From NCBI GenBank assembly GCA_002269645.1, contig NIVC01003086.1:56362-120361 (forward strand): a stretch of 64,000 bases of DNA, written 5' to 3'. Origin of the DNA: Macrostomum lignano (Eukaryota). The position numbers and the translations under genes are program-made. The notes under the pieces were generated by a model. The model was not told the DNA's origin, ran no database searches, and saw only the letters and a program-made list of their open reading frames with translations. Of this stretch, positions 32,101 through 46,340 are shown in pieces. Every line of letters begins with the position of its first letter. The stretch's first letter is position 1.

Positions 32101-35100
32101 CTGGTGGAGTACGAGCTATTAATTAAGTGGCGGGTTGTTGTTGATTGGTTGGGGGGGGGGTAATCGTTGATTGGTTGGTAGGTTGTTGTTGATTGGTTGG
32201 TAGGTTGTTGTTGATGAGTTGTTGAGTTGTTGTTGATTGGTTGGGGGTCGTTGTTGATTGGTTGGTGGTTGTTGTTGATTGGTTGGTAGGTTGTTGTTGA
32301 TTGGTTGTTGAGTTGTTGTTGGCTGGTTCGGGGTTGTTACTTGGGTGTTGGTGCTGCACCAAATGTACACAATCAATCGGGGAGGCTGTCTCACCAAAAG
32401 CCATGATGCCGATAGCCTGAGGAATTCGGGAGTTGGCAAAGGTCCACTGATACTCGCTGGGCACTCTGAAAGTTTTACAAATTTTTAGCCTATAAAAGCT
32501 TATTGAATTACAAGCGATAATTACATAGATAGGTAAAGGTACGCCCTCTTACACTTGAGCTGCATACACGGGTGCTCGTATTGTTATGGAGACCAAAATT
32601 AAACAAATTATCCCAGTTGACAGAAGAGAAGTCTGCAATTTTAATTTATTATGTAATCATAACCATTTGTTTTTAAGTATTTTCTCAGAACAAAATAGAC
32701 AAAAGCGCAGTATGATATACCTTTGTCAACTTGGCGATATTCTTGTACAAACTGAGAGGAATTAAAATCGCTACAGTCGCTAGAAAAACGGTGAAATTTC
32801 TATCGGATAAGACCGTGTTAGCAACTTGATCTGCAAAGTATAGAAAGGGGATCAGTAAGTCATGAGAGCGTTTTAACAGGGTTGTACAGTATTATAGAGT
32901 ACAAATGGGACTATGTGATATAGAAGATATGTGATAATATTATTTGGCTAGCAAAACTGTTTCTCGACTTTCAGTTCAGTAGTAAGAAAGAATGTGCAAG
33001 CTATTTTATAAAACAGAAAAGCTGTTGGAGTGACCGGCGGCAGACGCAAACAGCTTCTTGCCATTTGGTACAGCCGTTAATGTACATTAGCCCAGCGCCA
33101 CTGAAATGTACATGGCAGGCAGCTTTAGGCAATAAAAATTGGGGGCTGGGGTGGGGTGGGGGGTTTGGTGTGAAAAGCCCCGGTCAGAGGGGTTCAGCAG
33201 CTAGTGAGCCAATAATACTAAACGAGTTCTTCGAAAATATGAAATAAAATGCTTACATTTAACTTACTACTGAAGTGAAAGTAGAAAGTAGGAAGAAGTG
33301 AAAGAACACGCAAATTTGATGAGAGGCCCATCTAGATATCTATACATTATATAGTACGAGTATTGTACATGTTGTAGGGGTAGCGGCTGATCGCGAGAAG
33401 CAAACCACAATTTTAATGAGGTGCTTTTTGTGTATTAAAACATTATTCCCAGAAGGGGAGCGGACATCCTGGCGCAACGCCTTCTGCGACGGCGATATCG
33501 TCCTGCAACCAGCGCTGGAGCCCATTCTGCCCATTCCGCTGACTCCTGAGCACACACAAGCGCCCAATGCTGTACGCAGGCACAGCACTCACACAGGGTG
33601 TACAGCGGCCCTGACTTTCTGATCATCAGGCATGTACACTCTCAGGCATGTACACTCTCAGGCATGTACACTCTCAGGCATGTACACTCTCAGGCATGTA
33701 CACTCTTAGGCATATGCACTCTCAGGCATGTACACTCTCAGGCATGTACACTCTCAGGCATGTACACTCTCAGGCATGTACACTCTCAGGCATGTACACT
33801 CTCAGGCATGTACACTCTCAGGCATGTACACTCTCAGGCATGTACACTCTCAGGCATGTACACTCTCAGGCATGTACACTCTCAGGCATGTACACTCTCA
33901 GGCATGTACACTCTCAGGCATGTACACTCTCAGGCATGTACACTCTCAGGCATGTACACTCTCAGGCATGTACACTCTCAGGCATGTACACTCTCAGGCA
34001 TGTACACTCTCAGGCATGTACACTCTCAGGCATGTACACTCTCAGGCATGTACACTCTCAGGCATGTACACTCTCAGGCATGTACACTCTCAGGCATGTA
34101 CACTCTCAGGCATGTACACTCTCAGGCATGTACACTCTCAGGCATGTACACTCTCAGGCATGTACACTCTCAGGCATGTACACTCTCAGGCATGTACACT
34201 CTCAGGCATGTACACTCTCAGGCATGTACACTCTCAGGCATGTACACTCTCAGGCATGTACACTCTCAGGCATGTACACTCTCAGGCATGTACACTCTCA
34301 GGCATGTACACTCTCAGGCATGTACACTCTCAGGCATGTACACTCTCAGGCATGTACACTCTCAGGCATGTACACTCTCAGGCATGTACACTCTCAGGCA
34401 TGTACACTCTCAGGCATGTACACTCTCAGGCATGTACACTCTCAGGCATGTACACTCTCAGGCATGTACACTCTCAGGCATGTACACTCTCAGGCATGTA
34501 CACTCTCAGGCATGTACACTCTCAGGCATGTACACTCTCAGGCATGTACACTCTCAGGCATGTACACTCTCAGGCATGTACACTCTCAGGCATGTACACT
34601 CTCAGGCATGTACACTCTCAGGCATGTACACTCTCTGGCATGTACACTCTCTGGCATGTACAGGGGGGGGTTGGGGTTGGCCCTCATGGCTGTAACAACA
34701 CCAAATGAATGTGGCCACGCACGGAGTTGAACCAAGGGGTCGTGGCGCGAGAGTCAGACACGCTCTGGTCACAAGTATTGTATTAATAATGCATTATGAA
34801 TTACCGCCTCCAACGCGTCCGATGATTTTGGTCAGCGTGTCGCCGATGATCACATTGTAGCTGACCATGGCTGCGAAAAGACAATGCCAATGGTCGGGTA
34901 GCATTATTTGATATTTGAAATGGTTTTAATTTCCTTAATTTTACAATGCAATACTTTTGAAAGAAGTCAAATAAAATCTCTTCTCGGCCAGCGTTAATGT
35001 ACACTCGCGGACATCGAAAAGTATCAACCCTGATCTAGCGAGCCATTTCTCTCCGATCGCAACTGCAAGTTACGCAACTGGCATCCCGCGCGAGGAACGG

Positions 35101-37501
35101 TATTATTAAATTGCACACTACAGGAATTGAGACTTTTCAATATCCATGAGTGTACATTGTGTCTTTGACGTTCCTAAATGTACATTCATGGACAACTGCA
35201 GTAGAAAGTCTTTGAGAAATCAGATTTTTACCGATTGAATTTGTCTATGGTGAAACCCCATTCAGCTCTATGCGTTCTATCATACTAAATGCCCTAGCCT
35301 CCGGCTCATTTCTAAGAAAATCGAACGTAGCGTCGTTCTACTGCAATCGGCCTTGAATGTACATACGGAGGGACCAGGGGTTTTTATGCGTACAACTTTC
35401 ATCAACCCCTTTGGCTAATTACCAAGCATTGTACACTTAATTTGTACACCTACCAATGTACACCAGATTTACCGGCCTCCTCTTCCCTCTTGCCTTGTCT
35501 CGCACTAGAGACGGCGTTCGCAATTTACATTTAGGTCGCCCGCCTACCCCGAGAGAGTCTAGTCCGTACATTCGATTTTCACCCCATTAATGTACATTTG
35601 AGAGCCAAGGCCAATGTACGCAGAAGAACACGATACTGGCAATGTTTAAGTACGGACTGAATAAACTTACCTATGAAAGGATAGACGGCCTGCATCACGG
35701 TAATTAGTATGTAGCCCGGCTTCCCGTAAGCGACTCGAACCATTTCCTGTAGTAGGAAGGAAAAAGCAAATTGCTCGGCAGGATTAGGGGAAGCTCGAAG
35801 ATTTCATGTGTCAAAACCGAAGGCTGAGACTCACCTGATATGTCATCGTGTTTGACAGGGCTCCGCCTATTATAATTAGATTGACTGAATAGTCTGTAAT
35901 GACTGATATTAGTACTAATAGTAGCAAACCGAGACCGACGCCGGAACTTTTCAATGCGTAGGGCATGCCTAAAAGGAGCGGATGAGGATAGGAACTAATT
36001 AATCCTTTTAATTAATATTGCTGTTCAAAGGAACCGGGAGGCAACAGGATGAGCAGCGGCTGATGCATGGGAACTAATATTGGATACAAAGACTTTGCGT
36101 GCAACAAAATATTGGGGAAGATTACACATGGAAGCATCCTGCCCTCTAGGCCCACTCACTTGCTTATGAAAACTACTCCAGTTAATTAATCGAAAAATGC
36201 TACTCTTTGCTTCACTTTTGATAAGAATTCAAGTCTACTGGCGCCCCTTTCAGCTTCCATCTGGCGCCCCCCTTATAGCTTCCATCTGGCGCCCCCCTCA
36301 GCTTCCAATTAATGCCCCTTTCAGCTTCCAGTTAGCGCCCCTTTCAGCTTACAGTTGGGCTCCTTTCAGCTTCCCGTTGGCACCCCTTTCAGCTTCCAGT
36401 TGGCGCCCCTTTCAGCTTCCAGTTGGTGCCTCCTTTCAGCTTCCCGTTGGCGCCCCTTTCAGCTTCCAGTTGGCGTCCCTTTCAGCTTCCCCTTGGCGCC
36501 CCTTTCAGCTTCCCGTTGGCGTCCCTTTCAGCTTCCAGTTGGCGTCCCTTTCAGCTTCCAGTTAGTGCCCCTTTCAGCTTACATCTGGCGCCCCCTTTCA
36601 GCTTCCATCTGGCGCCCCCTTTCAGCTTCCATCTGGCGCCCCCTTTCAGCTTCCATCTGGCGCCCCCTTTCAGCTTCCATCTGGCGCCCCCTTACAGCTT
36701 CCATCCGCCCCCACTTTCAGCTTCCATCTGGCGCCCCCTTACAGCTTCCATCTGCCCCCCTTTCAGCTTCCAGTTGGCACCCTCTCTTTCGGCTTTTATC
36801 TGGCGCTCCTTAAATCTTCCATCTGTCGTCGCTGAAAACAAATATGATACCCTTTTCGATTTTGAAATTTTTTCCTGTACATTTTCATTGGCGAGCTTTG
36901 TATAGAATTTCTTAGTCAGAAAGCTAAATTCCACATTCCGCGATACGGGCCATAGCTTAGGGGGGAGAAGGGGGAGAGAGGCGAAGCTTGGATTAAGGGG
37001 AAGAGAGAAATTCGAAGGTTGGGCGACTCCCACCCCTTCCCTGCCACTGCAGATGAGAATGAACATGCTCGAGAGCCTCTATAGTCTCTGATCCTTTCTC
37101 TCGCTCTGCCCCACCCTCCCTCCTCTCCCATCGGCTCGGGGAAGGTGAACACACACAGAAGCTTGGGGGAATGAGTTAAAATGGAGCGATGTTGCATCTG
37201 GGAGGCTGCGGCAGCGAGGCTGATGAAGGAGGCTGACGGCAGCTGGAGGGGTTTGTGCTCAGATGCGGAACACAGATTCAGACTCTCCTTGCCGCCGAGA
37301 GAACTACAGGGGGGTCGCAAAAAAGTGCCTTAGAAGAGACACAGAGTCCCTTGTGTCTCCTCCGAAGGGGTGGGAGGGGGTTGGCCCAGAACGCGAAGGG
37401 GAGACTCGGATGCTATGAGATGACCGCATGGACAGCAAATAGACTGCCAGAACTTCGGCCTCCACAACCCCTACAGCTGCTGCCAGCGCGACTTACTGAT
37501 T

Positions 37502-37581
<80 letters not shown>

Positions 37582-40500
37582 ACTTGAGTTCTGGCTGCTG
37601 AAATGTCCGATTGCCAAATATATAAAAATATATATTAGGAAGAAACTGGGAGAGAGGGAGAGGGGAAAACTGCGCGCGCCAAGGATTTTATTCCCTAGCC
37701 GCCTAGCGGATCTCATTGAGCACGTTGCTTCGCCTTTTTTATGTAAGGACTCAAGGCTATTTGATTTATCCTCTGCCCCAGCATTCTGCTTGTGTAGCTG
37801 GCTTCATAGATGCTGTTTACTTTTCGTCCGAGAATTGAAGCCCTGTCTTCTGTAGACGGGCACTTGGACACTGGTGCAGATGTTAGGACAACTAAGGATA
37901 GACAGTAAAACCGAACAACTAAGACAGACATTAAGACAGACACAAAGATTGATAATAAGACAAAAACTACTGGTACAGATGTTAAAACATACGTTATGAT
38001 AGATACTGAGACAGACTGCTAGGCAGACACTAAGACACTAGGACACAAAGACAAAGACAGACGCTAGGACAGACTAAAGCAGACACTAGGACAGACTAAG
38101 ACAGACGCTAGGACAGACTAAAGCAGACACTAGGAAAGACTAAGACAGACGCTAGGACAGACTAAAGCAGACACTAGGACAGACTAAGACAGACGCTAGG
38201 ACAGACTAAAGCAGACACTAGGACAGACTAAGACATACGCTAGGACAGACTAAGACAGACGCTAGGACAGACTAAAGCAGACACTAGGACAAAGACAGAC
38301 GCTAGGACAGACTAAAGCAGACACTAGGACAGACTAAGACAGACGCTAGGACAGACTAAAGCAGACACTAGGACTAAGACAGACGCTAGGACAGACTAAA
38401 GCAGACACTAGGACAGACTAAAGCAGACACTAGGACAGACTAAGACAGACGCTAGGACAGACTAAAGCAGACACTAGGACAGACTAAGACAGACGCTAGG
38501 ACAGACTAAGACAAACGCTAGGACAGACTAAAGCAGACACTAGGACAGACTAAGACAGACGCTAGGACAGACTAAAGCAGACACTAGGACTAAGACAGAC
38601 GCTAGGACAGACTAAAGCAGACACTAGGACAGACTAAAGCAGACACTAGGACAGACTAAGACAGACGCTAGGACAGACTAAGACAAACGCTAGGACAGAC
38701 TAAAGCAGACACTAGGACAGACTAAGACAGACGCTAGGACAGACTAAAGCAGACACTAGGAAAGACTAAGACAGACACTAGGACAGACTAAGACAGACGC
38801 AAGGACAGACTAAAGCAGACACTAGGACAAAGACAGACACTTGGACAGACTAAGACAGACGCTAGGACAGACTAAAGCAGACACTAGGACAAAGACAGAC
38901 GCTAGGACAGACTAAAGCAGACACTAGGACAGACTAAGACAGACGCTAGGACAGACTAAAGCAGACACTAGGACAGACTAAAGCAGACACTAGGACAAAC
39001 TAAGACAGACGCTAGGACAGACTAAAGCAGACACTAGGACAGACTAAGACAGACGCTAGGACAGACTAAAGCAGACACTAGGAAAGACTAAGAAAGACGC
39101 TAGGACAGACTAAAGCAGACACTAGGACAGACTAAGACAGACGCTAGGACAGACTAAAGCAGACACTAGGACAAAGACAGACGCTAGGACAGACTAAAGC
39201 AGACACTAGGACATACTAAGACAGACGCTAGGACAGACTAAAGCAGACACTAGGACAGACTAAAGCAGACACTAGGACAGACTAAGACATACGCTAGGAC
39301 AGACTAAAGCAGACACTAGGACAGACTAAGACAGACGCTAGGACAGACTAAAGCAGACACTAGGACAGACTAAAGCAGACACTAGGACAGACTAAGACAG
39401 ACGCTAGGACTAAGACAGACGCTAGGAAGATACTGAGATCTCTCAGACGAATGGAACTGAGGTAGATACCTAAAAAAATAACTAAGAAAGTTAACTAGAA
39501 ATAACTAAATAACTGAGAAATCGGGGAGTGAGAGAAAAATGCGATGACAAGCAGCTAACCTAGAATGAAATTAAACAGGCAGGTTCCGCGGCATAAAAAA
39601 ATTGCATGGATGATGAAGGACAAGCCAAAGTTGAGTCGAAGGTGGCCCAGCAGCCGAGAGGATGAGAATCGGTGGGTTGGGTAGGTGGCAACCGTGAGTC
39701 TCTTCGGGCAGAGCCGGTGCAAATTAAAATGCATGGGCTGGGAGTCTGGGACTCGTCTGGCAGCCTCACAGAGAGGAGGCAGGGAATCTGTAGTCTGAGG
39801 CCTAAATGCAATTAATCAGCCAACCCCATTCCAAGCAGTTCCAGAGACCCGGTCAGTGAGCAGTATTTCTTTCTCTCTCGGTTAGGCCTCTGAACTGGTA
39901 GGGCGGATGCACTTGCTGGGAGAGTGCCAAGCTATGTCTAGTGCTCGCCAGAATCTACCCCACTGACTCAAATTTTCAAATTACTCATGCGATATTGAAC
40001 TTCTGACGGGAGCATTGCAAACCAGACCATGGCGGATTAATAGGTGTTTTTTTAATAAAAGAGATTTAAAGTCTGGTTAGCCTGGATTTGACATAACTTT
40101 TATTGGGAATGAAAAACGTATATATCAGATTTTTATAAATTCAGTTTATATGGAAACATAACCAGTAGTTATCCGAAAATTATTTACCAAATTTCCCTCA
40201 GTCGACGCTTATTGACTGGCTGGCTGACTGGCTCAGCCAATCGTACCATCCGCGAAATTTTCTGTCCCCCGCGTGAAGACTTTTCTTACCCCTTACGCGA
40301 CGCTCATTGGTTAGCTCAACCGATTGTCATTTTACGTAGTTTTCTGTCCCTCCGTGCATGACTCACTGAAATCTCTCTCTCTCTCTCTCTCTCCCTCTCT
40401 CTTATCCCTCACTCGATGCCCATTGGCTGGCTCAGATTCTCTCTCATTTTCTACCCTTTCTGAACCCACCAGCTATTCTCTTCACCTCGACAGGCCTCCG

Positions 40501-43500
40501 ATTGGCTGACTGCAAAATCACAGTAAATTGACCACTCCAGGACTGACTCACCGATAATTCCTGACCCGAGGATGGAGTTGATGACATTGAAGGCTGTCAT
40601 GGGCAGGCTGGAGCGCAGCTCCTCGCCTTCCTCTTCGACAGCAGCCGCCGCGGCCGCCGCCTTGCCCGGATCCCAGTCTGGCGCCGCAGACGAGGTTGGC
40701 GAACCCAGCGAGGTGCCCGTATCGAAGCTCTGATTAGTGCAGAGGTCGGGATAAATTTGTTAGGCCACTTTTGCCACTAGATCAGATCCATGTGCGAAAT
40801 ATCTGTGCTGTGACAATAATACGAGCCTATAAATAAAAAATATGAATGCAGCTACTGACCGACAGAAAAGATAGTCAGAAAAGCGGCTGACAGACAGAAC
40901 CACCGACGGAAAGACAGAAAGACAGAGACAAACAGGAAAAGAGACAGACAGGCACTGGGACAGACACACACAGGCACTGGGACAGACAGACAGGCACTGG
41001 GACAGACACACACAGGCACTAGGACAGACACAGACAGGCACTGGGACAGACGCACACAGGCACTGGGACAGACACACACAGGCACTGGGACAGACACACA
41101 CAGGCACTGGGACAGACACAGACAGGCACTGGGACAGACACACACAGGCACTGGGACAGACACACACAGGCACTGGGACAGACACAGACAGGCACTGGGA
41201 CAGACAGACAGGCACTGGGACAGACACACACAGGCACTAGGACAGACACACACAGGCACTGGGACAGACACTGAGACAGGCACTGGGACAGACACACACA
41301 GGCACTGGGACAGACACACACAGGCACTGGGACAGACACACACAGGCACTGGGACAGACACAGACAGGCACTGGGACAGACAGACAGGCACTGGGACAGA
41401 CACACACAGGCACTAGGACAGACACACACAGGCACTGGGACAGACACTGAGACAGGCACTGGGACAGACACACACAGGCACTGGGACAGACACACACAGG
41501 CACTGGGACAGACACACACAGGCACTGGGACAGACACAGACAGGCACTGGGACAGACAGACAGGCACTGGGACAGACACACACAGGCACTAGGACAGACA
41601 CAGACAGGCACTGGGACAGACACAGACAGACACACACTGGCACTGGGACAGACAGACAGGCACTGGGACAGACACACACAGGCACTAGGACAGACACAGA
41701 CAGGCACTGGGACAGACGCACACAGGCACTGGGACAGACACACACAGGCACTGGGACAGACACACACAGGCACTGGGACAGACACAGACAGGCACTGGGA
41801 CAGACACACACAGGCACTGGGACAGACACACACAGGCACTGGGACAGACACTGAGACAGGCACTGGGACAGACACACACAGGCACTGGGACAGACACACA
41901 CAGGCACTGGGACAGACACACACAGGCACTGGGACAGACACAGACAGGCACTGGGACAGACAGACAGGCACTGGGACAGACACACACAGGCACTAGGACA
42001 GACACACACAGGCACTGGGACAGACACTGAGACAGGCACTGGGACAGACACACACAGGCACTGGGACAGACACACACAGGCACTGGGACAGACACACACA
42101 GGCACTGGGACAGACACAGACAGGCACTGGGACAGACAGACAGGCACTGGGACAGACACACACAGGCACTGGGACAGACACAGACAGGCACTGGGACAGA
42201 CACACACAGGCACTGGGACAGACACACACAGGCACTGGGACAGACACACACAGGCACTGGGACAGACACACACAGGCACTGGGACAGACACAGACAGACA
42301 CTGGGACAGACACAGACAGACACACACAGGCATTGGGACAGACGCACACGGGCACTGGGACAGACACACACAGGCACTGGGACAGACACACGCAGGCACT
42401 GGGACAGACACACACAGGCACTGGGACAGACACACACAGGCACTGGGACAGACACAGACAGGCACTGGGACAGACACACACAGGCACTGGGACAGACACA
42501 GACAGGCACTGGGACAGACACACACAGGCACTGGGACAGATGATCGCACATAAAATCGCTACACCTTGTAGTAGAAATTCCTGCAAGAGGTGGCCAACAG
42601 AGTGCTGCAGCGATGTTGTGACAGGTGAGAGCGGAGAATGCATCAATATTTATGTCTGCATGGCCAAATAGCAGCCTCTCAGTGATAAAGCCACTCAGCA
42701 TTCGCACCTGCTTTTGCATTTCAGCAGCGACTGTCTTATCTCATGTATCTCCAAACTCACCTGCTGCAGCGGAGTTGCGTCCATTAGCTTCATCATTTCC
42801 CATTTTCTAGACCTAGAAAACACCCTCCGGTCAGACCCACAAGGCGCATATTTCTGCTTAAATGCATAATAACAATATAAATAAAATACTGGGTCAGTTC
42901 TCAGACTCAGCTGGAGCTGCATAGAGAGGTTCAGCTGGGGTCGCGGCCGGAGGCAGCCAGTTTTATTTTTTATCCAGCCAAACTTGCACTCGCGAAGTGG
43001 TGGAGAGACGGGGAGCGGAGAGCAGGGAAGATGGGGAAGAGAGATGTAACCGGCAACCTCCTAAGGGTCGCCTCATTTTTCCTAGGCCCCAGAATCCTTG
43101 CCGCCCCATCCACTCGGCCCCTGCGAGGCCTGACTGGCTGGGACTACACAGAAATATATTGATCAGGTCCCGTATCCTGCGCTGGTCCCACCCCATCCTC
43201 CGAGTTCTCACCCCTGGTCAAACTGTAGTCTGGTCGAAAGTCCTTCTCAAAAATCTGGTTTAAGCTGAGTACTCGAGTCCTTTTTTTAAGTTAGCAGAAA
43301 GCCTGTAGTTATGAGTTATTTTTAAACCGTTATTGCCAAACCTTTCAATTTTGTTACCATGCACCTCTCTGCAGCTTTTCCCTTTCATATTCTTTCTGCC
43401 TCAATTTAGATCGCTTCTAAACAAACTCCCTCATCAGAATTTTTCTCGGGGCTTTCAAAAACTAAAAATTTCCCACTCACTAGAAGATTTAAAAACTAGA

Positions 43501-46340
43501 AAATTCACAAACTATAAGATTCACAATCCATCAGATTCACAAACTATAAGATTCACAAACTATAAGATTCACAAACTATATAAGATTCACAAACTATAAG
43601 ATTCACAAACTATAAGATTCACAAACTATATAAGACTCACAAACTATAAGATTCACAAACTATAAGATTCACAAACTAGAAGATTCACAAACTATAAGAT
43701 TCACAAACTATGAGATTCACAAACTATAAGATTCACAAACTATAAGATTCACAAACTATAAGATTCACAATCCATCAGATTCACAAACTATAACATTCAC
43801 AAACTAGAAGATTCACAAACTAGAAGATTCACAAACTATAAGATTCACAAACTATAAGATTCACAAACTATAAGATTCACAATCCATCAGATTCACAAAC
43901 TATAAGATTCACAAACTATAAGATTCACAAACTAGAAGATTCACAAACTATAAGATTCACAAACTATAAGATTCACAAACTATAAGATTCACAAACTATA
44001 AGATTCACAAACTATAAGATTCACAAACTAGAAAATTCACAAACTAGAAAATTCACAAACTAGAAGATTCACAAACTATAAGATTCACAATCCATCAGAT
44101 TCACAAACTATAAGATTCACAAACTATTAGATTCACAAACTATAAGATTCACAAACTAAAAGATTCACAAACTAGAAGATTCACAGACTAGAAAATTCAC
44201 AAACTAGAAAATTCACGAACTATAAGATTAAAAAACTATAAGATTCACAAACTAGAAAATTCACAAACTATAAGATTCACAAACTATAGGATTCACAAAC
44301 TATAAGATTCACAAACTATAAGATTCACAAACTGTAAGATGCACGAACTAGAAATTCACAAACTATAAGATTCACAAACTAGAAGATTCACGAACTAGAA
44401 GATTCACAAACTAGAAGATTCACGAACTAGAAGATTCAACAGAAACTTCACAAGCTGCAGAAATTTTACAAACTAGATTCTTCATTTCGCAGTAAACAGC
44501 TCAAACTGCTGGATGTTACGCTAGTAATTATAGTTTGCAAAAGCACTTCATACGTCTTTATCTGGACTCGGCACTTTCTTTATCCTTGCCCCCAACTGCT
44601 CCCAGCTAATCTGCCGTAACTCCGGTCCCAGTTGCCGCCCGAGCCTAATGGAAATTGCTTTTAATTCCCTCTCTCTCTCTGTCTCTCTGTATCTCTCTGT
44701 GGATTTTGGGAACCATAATTCTTATTTTAGCCTCCTTAATATTAATAATGCTGCCTAAGCCGCGATTGGGGCAAAGTAAACTCCATATTTGAGAAGCTGT
44801 GTGAGATCGCTCAATGAGGAGTGCTCTCCTAGGGAAGTCAGCTAGTCAGTGGGGATCTGGGCGATACTGGAAACGCTATGGGGATTGGCACACACAGCTA
44901 ATTTGAATTGCTTTTACAGCATCCCTTAGGATCAAGGCTTGCGATTCTAATTTCTGACACATTGAAGGATTAACGAAGTGTTTATAAATGGGGGATTCGA
45001 AGATCTGAGAGGATTAAACTTATTTCATATTGGGAAATGACGCATGATTCGGACAGCATGAGATGGATCAAATGAGGATTCGGACACCATGAGATGGAGC
45101 AAATGAGGATTCAAACACCATGAGATGGATCAAATGAGGATTCGGACAGCATGAGATGGATCAAATGAGGATTCGGACACCATGAGATGGATCAAATGAG
45201 GATTCGGACACCATAAGATGGATCAAATGAGGATTCGGACACCATAAGATGGATCAAATGAGGATTCGGACAGCATGAGATGGATCAAATGAGGATTCGG
45301 ACACCATGAGAGGGATCAAATGAGGATTCGGACACCATGAGATGGATCAAATGAGGATTCGGACACCATGAGATGGATCAAATGAGGATTCGGACACCAT
45401 AAGATGGATCAAATGAGGATTCGGACAGCATGAGATGGATCAAATGAGGATTCGGACACCATGAGATGGAGCAAATGAGGATTCAAACACCATGAGATGA
45501 AGCAAATGAGGATTCGGACACCATGAGATGGATCAAATGAGGATTCGGACACCATGAGATGAAACAAATGAGGATTCGGACACCATGAGATGGAGCAAAT
45601 GAGGATTCGGACACCTGAAGGATTAAAATGATAATTTGGACACCCCGATGGATAAAAATGAGGATTCGGACACCTGAAATATCAAAATGAGGATTCGAAC
45701 AGGAAGACAAATGAGGATTCGGACAGGAAGACAAATGAGGATTCGGACACCTGATGGATCAAATGAGGATTCGGACACCTGATGGATCAAATGAGAATTC
45801 GGACACCATGAGATGGAGCAAATGAGAATTCGGACACCTGATGGATCAAATGAGGATTCGGACACCTGATGGATCAAATGAGAATTCGGACACCATGAGA
45901 TGGAGCAAATGAGAATTCGGACACCTGATGGATCAAATGAGGATTCGGACACCTGATGGATCAAATGCGAATTCGGACACCATGAGATGGAGCAAATGAG
46001 AATTCGGACACCTGATGGATCAAATGAGGATTCGGACACCTGATGGATCAAATGAGAATTCGGACACCATGAGATGGAGCAAATGAGAATTCGGACACCT
46101 GATGGATCAAATGAGGATTCGCGGACATCCTAAAAAAGATCAAAGAACTGAGTCTTGACTATTTTGAGCAAGAATGAAATCGAAATCCCAAATCGGACAG
46201 AATCCCGCAGCACTCACCCTCGGCTGATCGGCATTTCTAAGAATCTTCGATCGCTCCGTCATCTCCAGGGCGGCGCCGCCGTACAAAGGCGGCTGGGCTG
46301 GGCACTGCGAGTTCGTCCCAGCGGTCTGTTGCGACTGCAT
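29102..46340 (-). CDS. SLC38A11: Sodium-coupled neutral amino acid transporter 11-like (about 501 aa)
   Basis: Exons (minus) 46340-46218, 40729-40552, 35968-35835, 35746-35671, 34870-34805, 32830-32721, 32632-32553, 32465-32395, 31982-31708, 30614-30483, 29362-29102 join in frame at GT-AG sites; motifs FNVINSILGSGIIGMPYA, LIPLSLYKNIAKL, AFMCQHN, QGDILENYC, LTYPMECFVVRE match the family; first exon less certain. Confidence 0.9.
29450..30297. repeat. About 35-bp intronic satellite (GAGCTACCTGTCACTTGTCAATCGGGAAAACCACCT)n
   Basis: Direct periodicity, last intron of the SLC38A11-like gene. Confidence 0.95.
30680..31700. repeat. Nearly perfect 14-bp satellite (TGGCATCCAGTGTC)n, about 73 copies
   Basis: Direct; begins about 7 nt from the splice donor at 31707. 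Confidence 0.97.
33524..34775 (-). mobile_element. tRNA-derived SINE, copy 2, expanded by an internal 16-bp satellite
   Basis: Head GACCAGAGCGTGTCTGACTCTCGCGCCACGACCCCTTGGTTCAACTCC; shared TTGGCCCTCATGG, CCAAATGAATG and 3' AGCGGAATGGGCAGAAT segments. Confidence 0.75.
33627..34660. repeat. 16-bp satellite (CAGGCATGTACACTCT)n, about 64 copies
   Basis: Direct, near-perfect periodicity. Confidence 0.97.
36235..36790. repeat. About 22-bp repeat (GGCGCCCCTTTCAGCTTCCA..)n
   Basis: Direct periodicity, intronic. Confidence 0.9.
38020..39430. repeat. 22-bp satellite with dimeric higher-order unit (AGGACAGACTAAGACAGACGCT / AGGACAGACTAAAGCAGACACT)
   Basis: Direct periodicity; a (GA)n tract lies at 37503-37577 nearby. 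Confidence 0.95.
40930..42540. repeat. 18-22-bp satellite built on AGGCACTGGGACAGACACAC
   Basis: Direct; source of the VPVCVCPSAC ORFs. Confidence 0.95.
43490..44440. repeat. 17-bp satellite (AAACTATAAGATTCACA)n
   Basis: Direct periodicity. Confidence 0.95.
45040..46120. repeat. 31/28-bp satellite (ATGAGATGGATCAAATGAGGATTCGGACACC)n
   Basis: Direct periodicity, two sub-arrays. Confidence 0.95.

Noticed and set aside
30567-34730. ORFs of 320-430 aa (DARHWMPDTGCQTL, MYTLRHVHSQACTLSG)
   Set aside because: Stop-free 14- and 16-bp satellites open in several frames; only 31982-31708 and 30614-30483 are real exon sequence
40760-42719. Cys-rich VPVCVCPSAC ORFs
   Set aside because: Intronic satellite translation
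42761-42812. Extra SLC38A11-like exon (good AG and GTGAGT signals)
   Set aside because: 46 or 52 nt would break the frame between phase-0 neighbours; unsupported without transcripts
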